A DNA stretch of 58,862 nt, the filler included, from Mitosporidium daphniae (Eukaryota): assembly GCF_000760515.2 (NCBI RefSeq). It is 2 parts of 2 records of this genome, joined end to end, with 100 filler letters (N's around TTAATTAATTAA, not from the genome) between each part and the next. Parts side by side here need not be neighbours in the genome. Positions count along the whole stretch, not along the records: positions 1 to 29,387 come from NW_013546201.1; positions 29,488 to 58,862 come from NW_013546190.1. One strand, written 5' to 3'. The translations under genes and the position numbers were made by a program. A model generated the notes under the pieces. It did no database searches. It saw only the letters and a program-made list of their open reading frames with translations, and was not told where the DNA came from. Every line of letters starts with the position of its first letter. The stretch's first letter is position 1. Of the stretch, positions 23,387 to 35,768 are shown one piece after another.

Positions 23387-26300
23387 TCACTTCTTGTGCC
23401 GCTGGCCGGAAGAAGAGAGCGAGGGAGAGTATCCGGGAGACTTGGGTGAGAAGGCTGTCTGAGAAAAGGCGCCAGGCCTTGGTGAGGATGGCGAATATTT
23501 TGGGCTAGTAGGACTGTAACTTGGGCTGGTAGGGCTGTAGCTAGGACTAGTAGGACTGTAACTTGGGCTAGTGGGTGAATAGCTAGGGCTAGTCGGACTG
23601 TAGCTAGGACTAGTGGGTGAATAGCTAGGGCTAGTCGGGCTGTAACTTGGACTAGTCGGGCTGTAACTTGGACTAGTCGGACTGTAACTTGGACTAGTTG
23701 GACTGTAACTTGGACTAGTCGGACTGTAGCTAGGGCTAGTCGGACTGTAACTCGGGCTGGTAGGGCTGTAGCTAGGACTAGTTGGGCTATAACTTGGACT
23801 AGTTGGGCTATAACTAGGACTAGTTGGACTGTACCCCGGAGATGTTGGGCTGTACCCCGGAGATGTTGGGCTGTACCCCGGAGACGTTGGGCTGTACCCA
23901 GGCGACGTCGGGCTATATCCTGGCGAGGTAGGCGAAAACCTTCCCACAAGAGCAGCAGGCGAGCGACCGCCCCACCATGACGGGGACGAGCCGGAGGAAA
24001 AGCCGCTGGATGTAGAAAAAGGAGAAAAGCCAATGTCACCCGGTGTGCGATATCCATCTCCAGAAGAGCGGAACGTAGGCGAGCGCGATCCTTTCAGGTA
24101 CGGCTGTGGCGAAGATCCAGCTCCAGTCTGCACCCATGGCGAGCGAAAGCCAAGTGACCCTGGCGTGGCTGAACCAGACACTGTGGACATCATGTTTGTC
24201 GCTTGCGCAGCAACCATAGAGTATGCTGTCGCAGAAAGTGCCGGTACAAGAGCGCCCATTGCAAGTCGGTCCTCATCAAGCAGCAGGTCAAATGATCCAG
24301 TCCCAATGGGCGCCATTTGCCCCATCATCACCGACTCGGAAAGCGAGGATCCAACGGGATTGAGCTCACCGGACGCTCCGGCTTCCATCAAGATCTCTAC
24401 AGTCTCCTCGAAGGAACACCGCATCAGTGCGCCATGATCGTCTCTGTTGGTACCGTGGCGTGTGATACCCGTCACAATCCCTCGACGCGTCATGATATCG
24501 GCCAACAGCGAGAGATGCCGCCCATTGACGTATGAGCCGCCGGTCTCAATCACATCCCGCAACTCATTAAGCAATGCGGCACGTGCAGCCTCGATTCCCA
24601 GTACCGTCGCAATTTCAGGCACCGAATTTGAAAGTGTGCGTGAGCAGTCGATTGCATCGAGCACAGGAGCATGCCCAAAGAGCGCACCTAGGCCACCAGC
24701 ACCTGCTGTCTGCAGTTCAACGGTTGCAGCGGTGGCCCCCGCAGCTCGCTCCACAATAAATACACGGTTGATGCCTGGAATGCCTTTGAGCCAAATACTC
24801 TCCATCATATTTGCTTCGACACGCCGCAGAAAGAGATCCTCAGCGCATGAATCGTCCGCCAGTAAATCGTCAGTGTTTCCATCAGTATCCATAGCTTCTG
24901 GACGAATAACTCGGCAACGTACTACGGGATGGTCTGCATTCTCGTCAGCATGCAAAATAAGCAAGTCTTGGCCGTAGGCATCCCCGAGTGCTCGTGCTAT
25001 ATCACCAATGGTGACGCCGTGATCCAACATGCTAGCACGGTCTAGCACTAACCGCAATATCCATGGAGAAGCCCGCTGCGATGCCTCCAGTAAGGCAGCA
25101 TCGGGTAATGCAAAGTATGCCTCGACAAGATCTGAATCCTCAGCCACAACTGTGCTCTCCACAGCCGGGTCATAGATGACCTGTGTATACGCTGTCAGTG
25201 CGCGCAGGGGCGTTGCTTCGAGCAATGCGGCGACTTCTTTAGCGATCTCTAGGGGAGAAGATTCTGCAGACCCACTAGTCCGATTGATTGCAGGTCGGAT
25301 GGTCAGTGAAGGCGTGCGTGTATTTACAGCAGCGTTGATGAGCTCCTTAAGCCGCGGCACACCATGTGTCAACTGGCCATGCGAGACACCTGCCAAGTGG
25401 AACGTGTTTAGCGTCATTTGTGTTGCAGGCTCGCCAATCGATTGTGCGGCAATGACACCAACCATTTCTCCTGGGGCTACATGCGCTTTGCGCACGCGGG
25501 CCTCAACCTCTCCTACAACCCAATCAAAAGCCTCGCGCGTTAATCGATGTGCAGTGATCTGCGCTAGCGACAGTCCCATACGCACTGCCGCCTCAAGAGG
25601 CGTCATCACCAGCAAATGCGGGGTAATGATTGAAGAGGAAGGAAAACTTGCCCCTCCTGGGATTACCGTGGACTTGAGACGATCCACAAGAGATGCAACA
25701 GCAACCAGAGCATGGCGCGAGTCAACGGGCTGAACATTGGCGCCTCCTGTGCCCAAATGAAACCGAATGCGAGCGTTCCAAAGTAGGCGCGAAATGTTGA
25801 CAGGTAGTGCCTGCAATTCCACAAGCCCAGTGCGCGGAAAAGCTAGTGCTGCTGCTGCCAAGCCCCGCTGCTCTGCCTCCAATAATGACGCATAGGATGG
25901 ATACGCACCCGTGTGGGTGGGAACGGTAACTCCACCGGTAGGTGCACCACCTACTAAAGCAGCAACGTTGATGCGCTCAAGGGCTTGGGCATCCATGCCG
26001 TCATCGCCGTATGCGAATTGGACAACTTGCCCGAGACCGTTGCGCACAGTGCCATCATATGCGACAGTAAGATCCTCTAGCGCTTTTACAAGCCGCCGTT
26101 GAATGTAGCCTGTCTCGGCAGTTTTGACGGCAGTATCGATAAGCCCTTCACGTCCTCCCATCGCATGAAAGAAGAACTCTTGTGGCGTCAGCCCGCGCAA
26201 ATACGAGTTTTCCACAAAGCCGCGCGATTCAGGCCCATCGTCCGATTTGAGAAAATGTGGCAGCGTGCGCGAGGCGCCGCCGCCACCGCCAAAGCTCATC

Positions 26301-29066
26301 GGAATGCGTGAGCCCTCTACCGTTTGTTGCCCCACACACGCAGTCATTTGCGAAAGATTGATGAAGGTGCCTTTTGAGCCAGCGACCACCATCTGTTTGA
26401 CGTTGTTTTGTTCGCGTAAGAAGCGCTGAGCCGACGCACCAGAGTGATCGCGCGCCCTATTTAATTCCTTGCAAATTTCGTGCTCGAACGTGGAACGCCC
26501 CGTCATACCGGGGAGCGTCGTGAGCCGCCCCGCCTGCGCCCGCGAAATAATTGCCGAGACATTTCGTTTTGCTGTGCGAATCGTTTCTGTTATGGTAGCC
26601 ATGGTGGCTGCATCGGCGACCGTGTCTCCGATGCCGATGGAGAACCCGTTTTCTAGTAGCCAATGAGTCACTAGGCGTTGCAAGCTGCCGAAAAAAGCAC
26701 AGGCTGCTGGCTCGCCACCGCTCCAGCAATGGCCATCGTTGACAAGCACGTGGATCAGTCCACCAGCCGCCGTACCCACGGTACGCTTGCACAAAATTCC
26801 TGTCAGCAATTGCCCATCCTCAATCAGCACCTACAGAGTTGTGGATAAGCACAGGGTAAACACAATGCATCGAGCAAAGACAACGTAAATGGAGCCGAAA
26901 TTTTGTGTGTGTGTGTGTGTGCAAACGTACCTGTGTGTCGGAGAGATTGTCGCGCTCGCCATCGATGTGCGCAGCATGAAACCCAGAAACGTTGAGACCT
27001 GGCGGCAATACTTGCGAAATGAGCTGCTTCCCCGTCCACTGGGCAACAGGTTTGAGCACGGCCGGCATCGGCAGCCGGCCATTCCATTGTGGCGACGCAG
27101 CGGCCCATAGACAGCCCATGACATGGCTCCAGCTCACAAAGACATCCCGCCGCGTCATTTTGCGGATACCCGTTAGTGAATCCTGTACGATGCCCATCAC
27201 TGGCTTGCATCCTTGCGGCGAGATGATTTGTGTCGTGACCGCGGCAAGTGAGCGTAGTTCTGTAGCCGATTCGGGGCCTTGCGGAACATGCATGTTCATT
27301 TCATCCCCGTCAAAGTCTGCATTGTAGGGCGTTGTCACGGAAAGATTTAGCCGGAATGTCGAGTAGGGCATCACACGCACTCGATGGGCCATCATTGACA
27401 TTTTGTGTAGCGATGGTTGCCGATTGAAAAGCACGATATCGCCATCAGACAAATGGCGCTCCACAACTACATTGCGTGCCAACAATAATGACGACTCTGG
27501 GGTCGCAAAACGAAGATCTACGCGAGTCCCGTCCTCGCGGATAACGTATCGTGCTCCAGGATGAACCCGAGGTCCTTCTCGCACCAACGCCGCCAGCCGC
27601 TCTACGTTCCATGGGGTCACGCGTTCTGGCACAGTTAACGTCATGGCGATAGAGCGAGGCACACCAACCTCATCCAGTTCTAGGTTCGGGTCTGGGGAGA
27701 TCACCGTACGTGCAGAAAAATCAACACGCTTTCCCATGAGATTTCCACGCAAACGGCCCTCTTTGCCTTTAAGACGTGCACGTAGGGCTTTAAGTGGCCG
27801 GCCACTTTTTTGCAAAGCCTGTGGTTGCCCTGGAATTTCGTTATCAATAAATGTAGCGCAGTGGAACTGTAAAAGAGCCTCAAACTCTGCCAAGATGTGT
27901 GCAGGAGCCCCTTCAGCCTCGTGCCGTGCTAAAGCAGCGTTCGCTTTGACAATGTCTGCCAGTTTGTGTGTCAAGTCATCTTCGCCTTTGATGGCGGCAC
28001 CTGAATCGGCTTGGATTGCCGGTCGTACCGGTGGAGGCGGCACAGCTAGCACGCTGAGCACCATCCATTCGGGTCGCGCGAAAATGGGCGAAAGCCCCAT
28101 TGTTATCAAATCTTCATCGCGAATCTTGCGGAATAGCGCGAGCACGCGTGAAGGTGGCACAACGCTGCGGGAAAGTGCTTCGTCCCCTGCAGCCTTTGAA
28201 GCGGGAATGACGGCCATTAATCGCAGCCCATCTCGACGGATTTGTGGCTGGATCTGGCCGCACCCAACCATTAGAGGCTGCCCTTTACGTTCATCCTTGG
28301 ACTGTGCTTTCCGCTTGGCTGCCTCCTCTTTGTAAGAAACCCAATCGCCATCCTCTTCTTCGCCTTCGTGGAAGCTGGCAGCGTCAGATGATGATATTGC
28401 GCCCTCGGCCACCGGTTGCTCGATCGTAACGTCGCAACGCATACGCGTCTTGGATATTGCCCAGACGGCGCTGAGACGTGCCCGGGACTCGCGCATCGAA
28501 CGCGCTACTGCTGCCTTTGCAGCAACACCAGGATCTACTCGCAATCGCCCGCAGTGAAAGCAGATGCATTCTAGTATTTTTTTGATCTTGTCAATGTAGC
28601 CGATATGGAAGACCGGTCGTGCCAATTCGATGTGGCCAAAATGCCCAGGGCAGTCGGACATAGACCCGGCACATGTGGCGCATTTGACGGCCCGGTCGTT
28701 GGTGCCAAGACGCGGGTCCGCCAGACCACCGATCTTTGGCACGCCGCCCTCCACCGTTTCTGGGTACTCGATCCGGGCCACGGATACTGCCCGCTGCGGG
28801 TTAGAAAATACGAAAAAATGTAATTTCCAATAAAAAAGTTAATGGGGAAGCCCGAAATATCGAGGCAATAAGTAAATGTGAAGGGAAAAAGAAAATCGAA
28901 AGGAAAATTGTCTTACAATCTCATCCGGTGAGAGCAACCCAAACTGCACCGTGCTGACGCGCTTCAGCGGCGCCCGCGAGGGTGTCGCCATGATGGACGC
29001 AGCCGCAGAGCCTGTGTATGGCAAGCTCGACGTCGTCATCGCGGTGGTCGTCGTCGTCGCAAGCAT
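23387..29066 (-). CDS. RPB1: RNA polymerase II largest subunit
   Basis: VQFGLLSPDEI, CPGHFGH, GKRVDFSAR, YNADFDGDEMN, bridge helix GGREGLIDTAVKTAETGYIQRRL, TQMTLNTFH and heptad CTD. Introns 28794-28916 and 26831-26930. Confidence 0.98.
23477..23938 (-). repeat. RPB1 CTD 21-nt coding repeat, about 22 heptads
   Basis: From FSPTSPG (23938) to YSPSSPR (starts 23497): 441 nt = 21 heptads, plus one. Proximal units end in G, distal units in S. Confidence 0.95.
26904..26921. repeat. (TG)n microsatellite in RPB1 intron 2
   Basis: Run of TG dinucleotides inside intron 26831-26930. Confidence 0.9.
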
Positions 29067-29197
29067 GCGGGAAGATAAAATTTGTGATGCGTAAACTAAA
29101 ATTTACTTGACCATTAAAATTTAGCCGCTAATTAGGGTTGGAGCTGTAATATTTAGGCTGATAAATTGGTGTTTTCCTTTTCATACAAATTTGGGGG

Positions 29198-29387
29198 ATG
29201 GTACGATGGCGCACTTACATGTAGGATTTCCATGGGCAAAATCGCAGTGAATACATGATGAGGCTAATTCTTGTCTTCTTTGGCTTGGCAAGCTTCGGGG
29301 TTGGATTCTACGCTCAGAATATGCCGATAACGACTTATGGCTTTTTATTTGGCATCTTGGTGGCCATCTTGATTGTAAGTGCGCCAT
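29198..29387 (+). CDS. SPC1: Signal peptidase complex subunit 1 (SPC12), truncated by the contig end
   Basis: ATG, 24-nt intron 29201-29224, then DFHGQNRSEYMMRLILVFFGLASFGVGFYAQ..., the DFxGQ motif plus two TMs. Next donor GTAAGT at 29375. Confidence 0.8.
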
Positions 29388-29487
29388 NNNNNNNNNNNNN
29401 NNNNNNNNNNNNNNNNNNNNNNNNNNNNNNNTTAATTAATTAANNNNNNNNNNNNNNNNNNNNNNNNNNNNNNNNNNNNNNNNNNNN
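29388..29487. other. Artificial contig-joining spacer
   Basis: Exactly 44 N + TTAATTAATTAA (stops in all six frames) + 44 N = 100 nt. Confidence 0.95.
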
Positions 29488-29849
29488 ATCTGATGAAATT
29501 CCAAGCATCCAAAAAGTACTGCGGAAGTATAAAAGCACAGAATCATCCCAAGTGTCGGTAAAAAATACATTGATTCAATTCAAAGAATTGGCGGTCAAAT
29601 TTGGCATCTAAATTCTCAATATTGCGGCTAAAAATATTTCCGTGAAAGGTATTTCATCAGATTGCCTCGTACCATTTTCTGGCTTTATAATTTGAGAAAG
29701 CATGTTTTATTTTTTATAAACACCAATATATCTCTCTAGTTGGGTTAGGGTTAGAGGTGGTCTTTAAAAAGGGGACGATTTCGTTAAATGAAAAAGATCT
29801 CTTTCATCGGTTGCTGGTCTCGACATGTAATTTCTTAACCGCAAGGATA

Positions 29850-31390
29850 GCATCATATATGCTTCAAGGCCGCAAATAACGCTTGCAGCAACGATGAATG
29901 TAAAGGCATGATCTCAAACATTATATCTTCTCTTTTTCTCGTTACATGCTCAACGCCCTTTTTTACTAGACTTAGAGCATCAATAGCTCTAGGTATTCAC
30001 ATTAGCAAGATATTTTCATCTAGTTCTAAGGCATTGCTTGATCCATCCTTTATGAGCACAGCAGGCTTAAATTTTGATGTTATAGTTCACAATGATAATG
30101 CTGCGATTTATTGAATTTCTGCTGCCATCCTCAACTGGAATCCTTTTGCTGACTCTAAAAACACAGCTAGGTTTTTCCTTTTTAGATTTTTGAATCTAGC
30201 CCAAATATTTCTAGGCATTATCGTTTGATATATTGGAATCAAACTTTTCAACTTTACCAAGTTGGGAATACTTGATCGAGTACTCTATAATCTTATTCTT
30301 GTCAAGGACCTTGGTAATGGCGTCTCAAGAACCTTCGCTATTTCTAAAAATGATCGTCTTCTTACTATTACTCTTAACCCAAAACTGGTTCCCTTTGGGC
30401 AGTTTTTCAATATCCCTTGGACTCTAGTTAGATCTCTTGATAAGGTATTCATCAAAATTTACGATTGGGAAAGCCGAGTTAGCGTATATGTGTTTACTCA
30501 TATTCCTGACACTGGTTTCTCTATCACTGAAATTTTATCTTCCTCTGATACTTATATCTTCGTTTTGATTTGACATTTCCGCCAACTTGGCAACTGGCAT
30601 CTTACTTAGCGTGATAAGTACTCCAGACGATCTTAGGTCAACAGATGGAATTAGCAGAATCATTTGGGTACCATTTGATCTTCCCGATACTTTTGTTAAA
30701 CTCGCATTTTATAAAGGCTCAGAGTTGATTGCAGTGATCCAGGCGCGAGATAATCGAGCTTAAGATCTCAGCGTCTCAGAAGATGAACTTTCTACAGCCT
30801 TGCATAGGATATCTGTTTGCTGGTATGTTTTTCTAGAAGCACTACACTCAATATCCATAGTTTGATTGTTTTGCCTTTACAGCTTCAAATGCTGGATTAA
30901 TGATTTATAAAAGCTCACTTGCAATTCTCGTTCAGCGGACCCGCCCGCTCCCATTCGATACTGGCTCGCCAGATGTCGCAGTCAATTTTTAACGAAGACA
31001 CCTTCCAAAGTTAGACAATTTCTGGGTCTAACAGCGGAAATGTTTTCTTTAATTTTTTCCGTGCACGCACATACTGGAACATACAGTGTAAGCGCTGATT
31101 TCTCTCTTGGAGATCGCGTATCTTTTATGGGGTTAATTCTATATTGTCAACGTCCTCTTCTGAATTGCTTCAACGTTGGTTTTCTTTGTATAGATAAGGA
31201 TTCAAGGAATCTTGCTGATGAAAATACTGCCATATTCTTGAGCCAAGTTGAGAAAGATAGGATCACATATGGTTTACTCAACACTAGTCAATATAGTCTT
31301 CTCATAATCAATCTCGCCATGCCTGAAATGAGTAATAAAATGTTTTTTGGACCGATTTCAGCATCAAAAACGAGTTTTGGCGCCCATTGT
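29850..31390 (-). pseudogene. Unidentified decayed ORF(s)
   Basis: A long K/I/N-rich minus-strand frame broken by scattered stops, e.g. MSKHIYANSAFPIVNFDEYLIKRSN*SPRDIEKLPKGNQFWVKSN.... No family recognised. Confidence 0.35.
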
Positions 31391-33140
31391 GTAGTTTTCA
31401 CAATATCCCTTTTTCGGAAAAAGTCAAAAAAATCTAATTGTTCTACATAGGGGGGGGGTACCCTCTAAGAATAAAGCATGTTCTAAAGTTCATTGTGCGA
31501 TTATCAAAACGGTAGCCAGATTAAGGATTAGGGATTTATTATAGACATATCTCCCTCTTATGTTCATCCCCACTGGTGTAGTTCTGGGGGGGGGCTCAAC
31601 AAAGTTACTCTTATGCTTCCCAGAATTTTGAAAATAAATTTGGAATAGTTGGTCAAGTTTCCTTTAATTAGTCTTGGGGCAGTTACAACTAAAACCTCAA
31701 CCTTTAATCATGCTGGTAGGGCTTTTTGCATGTTACTAGCAAGTATATATTGAAGGGCATGGCGTGATGTGGATGAACGATTTCTTTCTTATTCTAGAAA
31801 TTGGGTACCCAAATTGGAAGAAGCGTTGGAAAGTAAGGAACATCTTTAACCGATTTATCTGCAAATCGGAGTATTTCTACTATTCAAAAAAGTTTTTGTC
31901 AAAATGCAGAACAGAGTTTCCCCTTCAATGGAGAATGATCCTTGAAAATTCAATCGAACCCTAACCTAACCCTAAACTCATCCAATCCATCTCGAAAACC
32001 ATCACCATTTACAATGCTTAAAACGATTATTGCATCGTGACATAATTAATTGATATCGTGGACATGTGATCAGTTTTGAGTCACTTATTGATGTATGATG
32101 GTTGATTCGCAATGCGCGTGATTATAAATTCATATTGGCTCCATTTTAACACGCACACCCTAGGTCGATCAGACCATTCAACTTTTTTTGCAAAAGAATA
32201 TGCGGCGTTTCATCTCGATTTCTAGATATATTAATGCCCTCCCAAATTGGAAAGATCTTCAAGATCAAATCGACTAACGGAGTTGATTCTTTTAAGGGCG
32301 ATAGCTTGCAATCGTTTAGTCTCCTCCACTAAACGGGCAGCCCGGAAGAGCCTTTTGGTATTTAGGATAGCTTTTGAAATAGAGTTCTGTATATAAGAGT
32401 TCATTCCGGTTTACTATATCGCGTGCGAATGACTACCGTGCTTCAGGTAATCATGCAACTCTTACCCAATTCATCAAAAATCTATCAATCACCTGATTGA
32501 TATCAATGGATTACGCGAACCATTTCTCCAACCGGAGGCCTTTTTGATAGCCAATTTATGTATCCGTTTTAAATATCCTTATGGATCCATGATCCTCGCC
32601 ATATAAACTCTATATTTACTAGCTTGATGTGCAAGCACTCATCGATCCCAAACGCCAAACCCACCCAATTTGTGGAGCAATCCAAAGGTACTTCGATTTT
32701 GGTCGGCTTTTCACTTTGATTGCTTTTTATGTCGGCGTTAACCATTTATAATTAAAAATCCTCACATAAAGATCACTATCCTTTGCATGCATATTGCTAC
32801 AACCATCTTCTACCATGCAGCTTTGCTTATTGCAATGGTTCCATTTTTGTATAAGGAAGATTAAAGAAATTGGCCTTTTGATAAAGATTACGAAATATGC
32901 ATGCGAAACCCACGTCTTTAATGGATGCTTACCAGACTCCTTTCTATTTTGATCTTTTGGCGAAAGATATTGGTTCTGATCCAGAAAGTCGTCAACCGCA
33001 TCTCTGGGAACGTGGAAACATTTTTATAGCCAAAGAACTTTGCATGGATGGCTAATTATTTATTGAGTTGCACCCTTAATCTGGCTAGCTTTTATTCAAG
33101 GGATATGATTTCACACAAAGGAAGTAGCGTTGAAATATCT

Positions 33141-34264
33141 TCAGGTACTTTTATCATTGCAGCAAATAAATGATTTGCACGTGTTTACATTGTCAGGGTC
33201 TTCAAACTCAACTTGGATCGCAGAATGGTGAAGAAAATATTTTTTACACAACAAAGACTGGCATTCTGCAAGGACGTGCTTGCTTCGTGCAAGGAGAGAT
33301 TTGTCGGAATCATGCTCGCTACTTTTAACAACAACGTGAAGACTAATGGTGAACTTCTCTGAAGACAAAGACCAAATATGTAGATCATGGATCCGTGAAA
33401 CGCCATTAATTTTCAAAATATCAGACTCTATCATGGAAGAGTCAATATGGAGTGGCGTTCCTACACATTATAATGGACGATATTACCCTCCATGATGACA
33501 TGTATTGCTTCAGATAGGACCTTTACGGTCGTGAAAAGTACAATAAAAGAAAAGGTAAATGTACAGATGGGGTCCGCTATTTGATATTTTGGAGAGGCCC
33601 AGATGATTGCAGATGCAAAGAGAACCCCAAGGGACTGGATAAGATCGCCAATGATGTGGATAAACGCAGACCTGATATTGAGATTTGAAGGTAAAAGGGA
33701 AGCCAAAAAATTATCATGCCTATGAGCATGGGCGGGGATCTCCTCAGACTCTTTATGCCGATGTAAGGGCTCGTGTATTTCCTTGCTTAAACGGTGGAAA
33801 GTTAGGATCATAATAATGTTAATGCAAAAGCCAATAAGGGCAACAAAAAACATGAGCTTGCCATTAATTTCCTTTGGGTTTCTTATTCGGTCAATGGCTT
33901 CCAAAATAAGGGCACCAGTCAAGATCCAAATGAACGCCACTGATCCGAGAGCGCCAAGAATTTCTGCACGATGGAATCCAAAGGAATGCTTCTTGGTAGC
34001 GGGACGGAGCCCATAAACCATTGAAAGCAGCGAAATCACAAATCCGGCAATATCTGATAGCAAATGTGCCGCATCGGAGAGAATTGCAAGGGAGCCGCTC
34101 AGGATTCCCCCAATAACCTCCAATATCATGAAAGTACCGCAGATTGCAATCAGAATGGCCAAGGATTTTATGTTTTTTGCCGATCTCAGCCTTTCCTTGG
34201 CAAGTATACCGTCGTGGGAACATTCGGTGGATCCTTTTTGATCGCCAATATTGACCTGGATCAT
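33141..34264 (-). CDS. Cation diffusion facilitator (SLC30/ZnT-type Zn transporter)
   Basis: SLAILSDAAHLLSD, SFGFHRAEILGA, His-rich loop, NIRSAFIHIIGD, ADPICTF, IHDLHIWSL. Short intron at ~33461-33487 (MEG/TP). Confidence 0.93.
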
Positions 34265-34452
34265 TGCAGCTAAATTTACAAATTGGGGCTTTTCTGCAAT
34301 TTGTACTGATAAATTTAAATGTACGGTGCTTACTTCTCTATTGGCCGGCCAAAACAGTCATGTGCCACAAAAGACCCTTTACTGTAATTTGCGATGCGAA
34401 ATTTTATCTTGGCGTTGATTGGCAGATGATCGAAATTTATCAGGAGAATTCC

Positions 34453-35646
34453 ATGCCAACAGGAGACAGAAAAAAAGCGAATATTGTTAATGAATATCCC
34501 AAAGTAGACACACGATGCCCGAAAATTGACCTTGAAAAAAAAATTGGCCCCAGTGTGCCCCCGAAGCATTTTGGATACGTGCCCACCCTCCCTAATGCAC
34601 ACACATCGGCGCAGAATCTAACGCCGCTCTCGGATATCCAACCGTCGGTAGAATTTTACGGCGATATTTCAACAGCTTCTAAAAGTAAGAATCCATCAGT
34701 GGCCCCTGGATATGCAGATGCAATAACTTCGCCCAGAGATTCCCATGGCAACAATTTGCAGCCATCTCTCATTCCTAAATACCCTCAATTGCCGACATCT
34801 GGTAACAACCCCTACGAAACCAATTCTTTTTCCATGGACGACCTAGCTTTCTCCTCCATGCAGGTTGCTAATATTCCAAAAGTAAATCATGAACGCGCAG
34901 GCGCTTCATTTGATTTTTTGTCGCCTGATCACAATTATTTCGCGAATTCCACTAGTGGACCTTCAAATCCACAAGTACCATATCCTTTACACATACCACA
35001 AGCCAAAGGAAGTGATATAGGATTTAATCATGAAGCCATTATCAATGATGGGCAGCATTCTCGCCTAACGGCAAAAAACGGGTCAATCCTAGCCTATTTG
35101 GACGCAGCTGCGGCCAAAGACAGCGTAAATCTTCTTACTAAACGAAATTCGAATCTGCCATTTCGAGGTGGCAAAGTATCGTTAACCCATAAAGATCAAA
35201 TTGATGCCGTTGAAGATGGAGCCTTTTTACTTCAGAGGCTGATAGAACCAACCTCGTCAGCTACTTCTAATTTATTTAAAATTAAGCGGTCCTCTAGGCC
35301 TCCAATGAGAATGGCCTGTAATGCCTGCATCCGAGGCCACAGGGCACCTTCCTGCAAGCATTACGAACGGCCTCTTCTTGCTGTAAGGCCCAGAGGCAGG
35401 CCCTCGAGTCTTTGTTCTGGCTGTCTGGAGAAAATAGTGGACTGCGCATGTTCAAACGAAGTCTCTGAAAAGGCATGCAATGGGAAAATACATGGAACTG
35501 AACCAAATCACAACATCACGAAGCTCGAAATAGATGGAAAGGTCAATCCAACCAGACTGAGCCAGTATTACAAAAAACTTCTCATACAAACCCCAGACGT
35601 GCAATTTTCAAAAAGTGATGTTCCCCTTCAAGACGAAGGCTGCTGA
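34453..35646 (+). CDS. Copper-fist (Ace1/Mac1/Haa1-type) DNA-binding protein
   Basis: MACNACIRGHRAPSCKHYERPLLAVRPRGRPSSLCSGC at 35311-35425 matches CxxCIRGHR...C.H..RPL....RGRP...CxxC. Start could be 34426 or 34453. Confidence 0.82.
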   Translation: MPTGDRKKANIVNEYPKVDTRCPKIDLEKKIGPSVPPKHFGYVPTLPNAHTSAQNLTPLSDIQPSVEFYGDISTASKSKNPSVAPGYADAITSPRDSHGNNLQPSLIPKYPQLPTSGNNPYETNSFSMDDLAFSSMQVANIPKVNHERAGASFDFLSPDHNYFANSTSGPSNPQVPYPLHIPQAKGSDIGFNHEAIINDGQHSRLTAKNGSILAYLDAAAAKDSVNLLTKRNSNLPFRGGKVSLTHKDQIDAVEDGAFLLQRLIEPTSSATSNLFKIKRSSRPPMRMACNACIRGHRAPSCKHYERPLLAVRPRGRPSSLCSGCLEKIVDCACSNEVSEKACNGKIHGTEPNHNITKLEIDGKVNPTRLSQYYKKLLIQTPDVQFSKSDVPLQDEGC

Positions 35647-35768
35647 CGCCTCCCAACCATTTGTGCCCCAAGTGCTCTAGCGTCTTACGCATGTATTTTA
35701 CATGATATGCAGTAAATATTACCGGTATAAAAAATTTTAATTTTATAACCAAATTTGCTTGATCGGAA

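Noticed and set aside
23380..24057. 225-aa repetitive ORF (LVQVTVR repeats)
   Set aside because: Alternative frame of the RPB1 CTD repeat.
29432..29443. TTAATTAATTAA palindrome as a biological site (e.g. piggyBac TTAA target)
   Set aside because: It is centred in symmetric N runs, so it is an assembly linker.
29850..31390. TAG/TGA read-through (alternative genetic code) explaining the broken ORFs
   Set aside because: Intact genes in the window use TAA, TAG and TGA as true stops, and the broken regions contain all stop types; decay is the simpler explanation.
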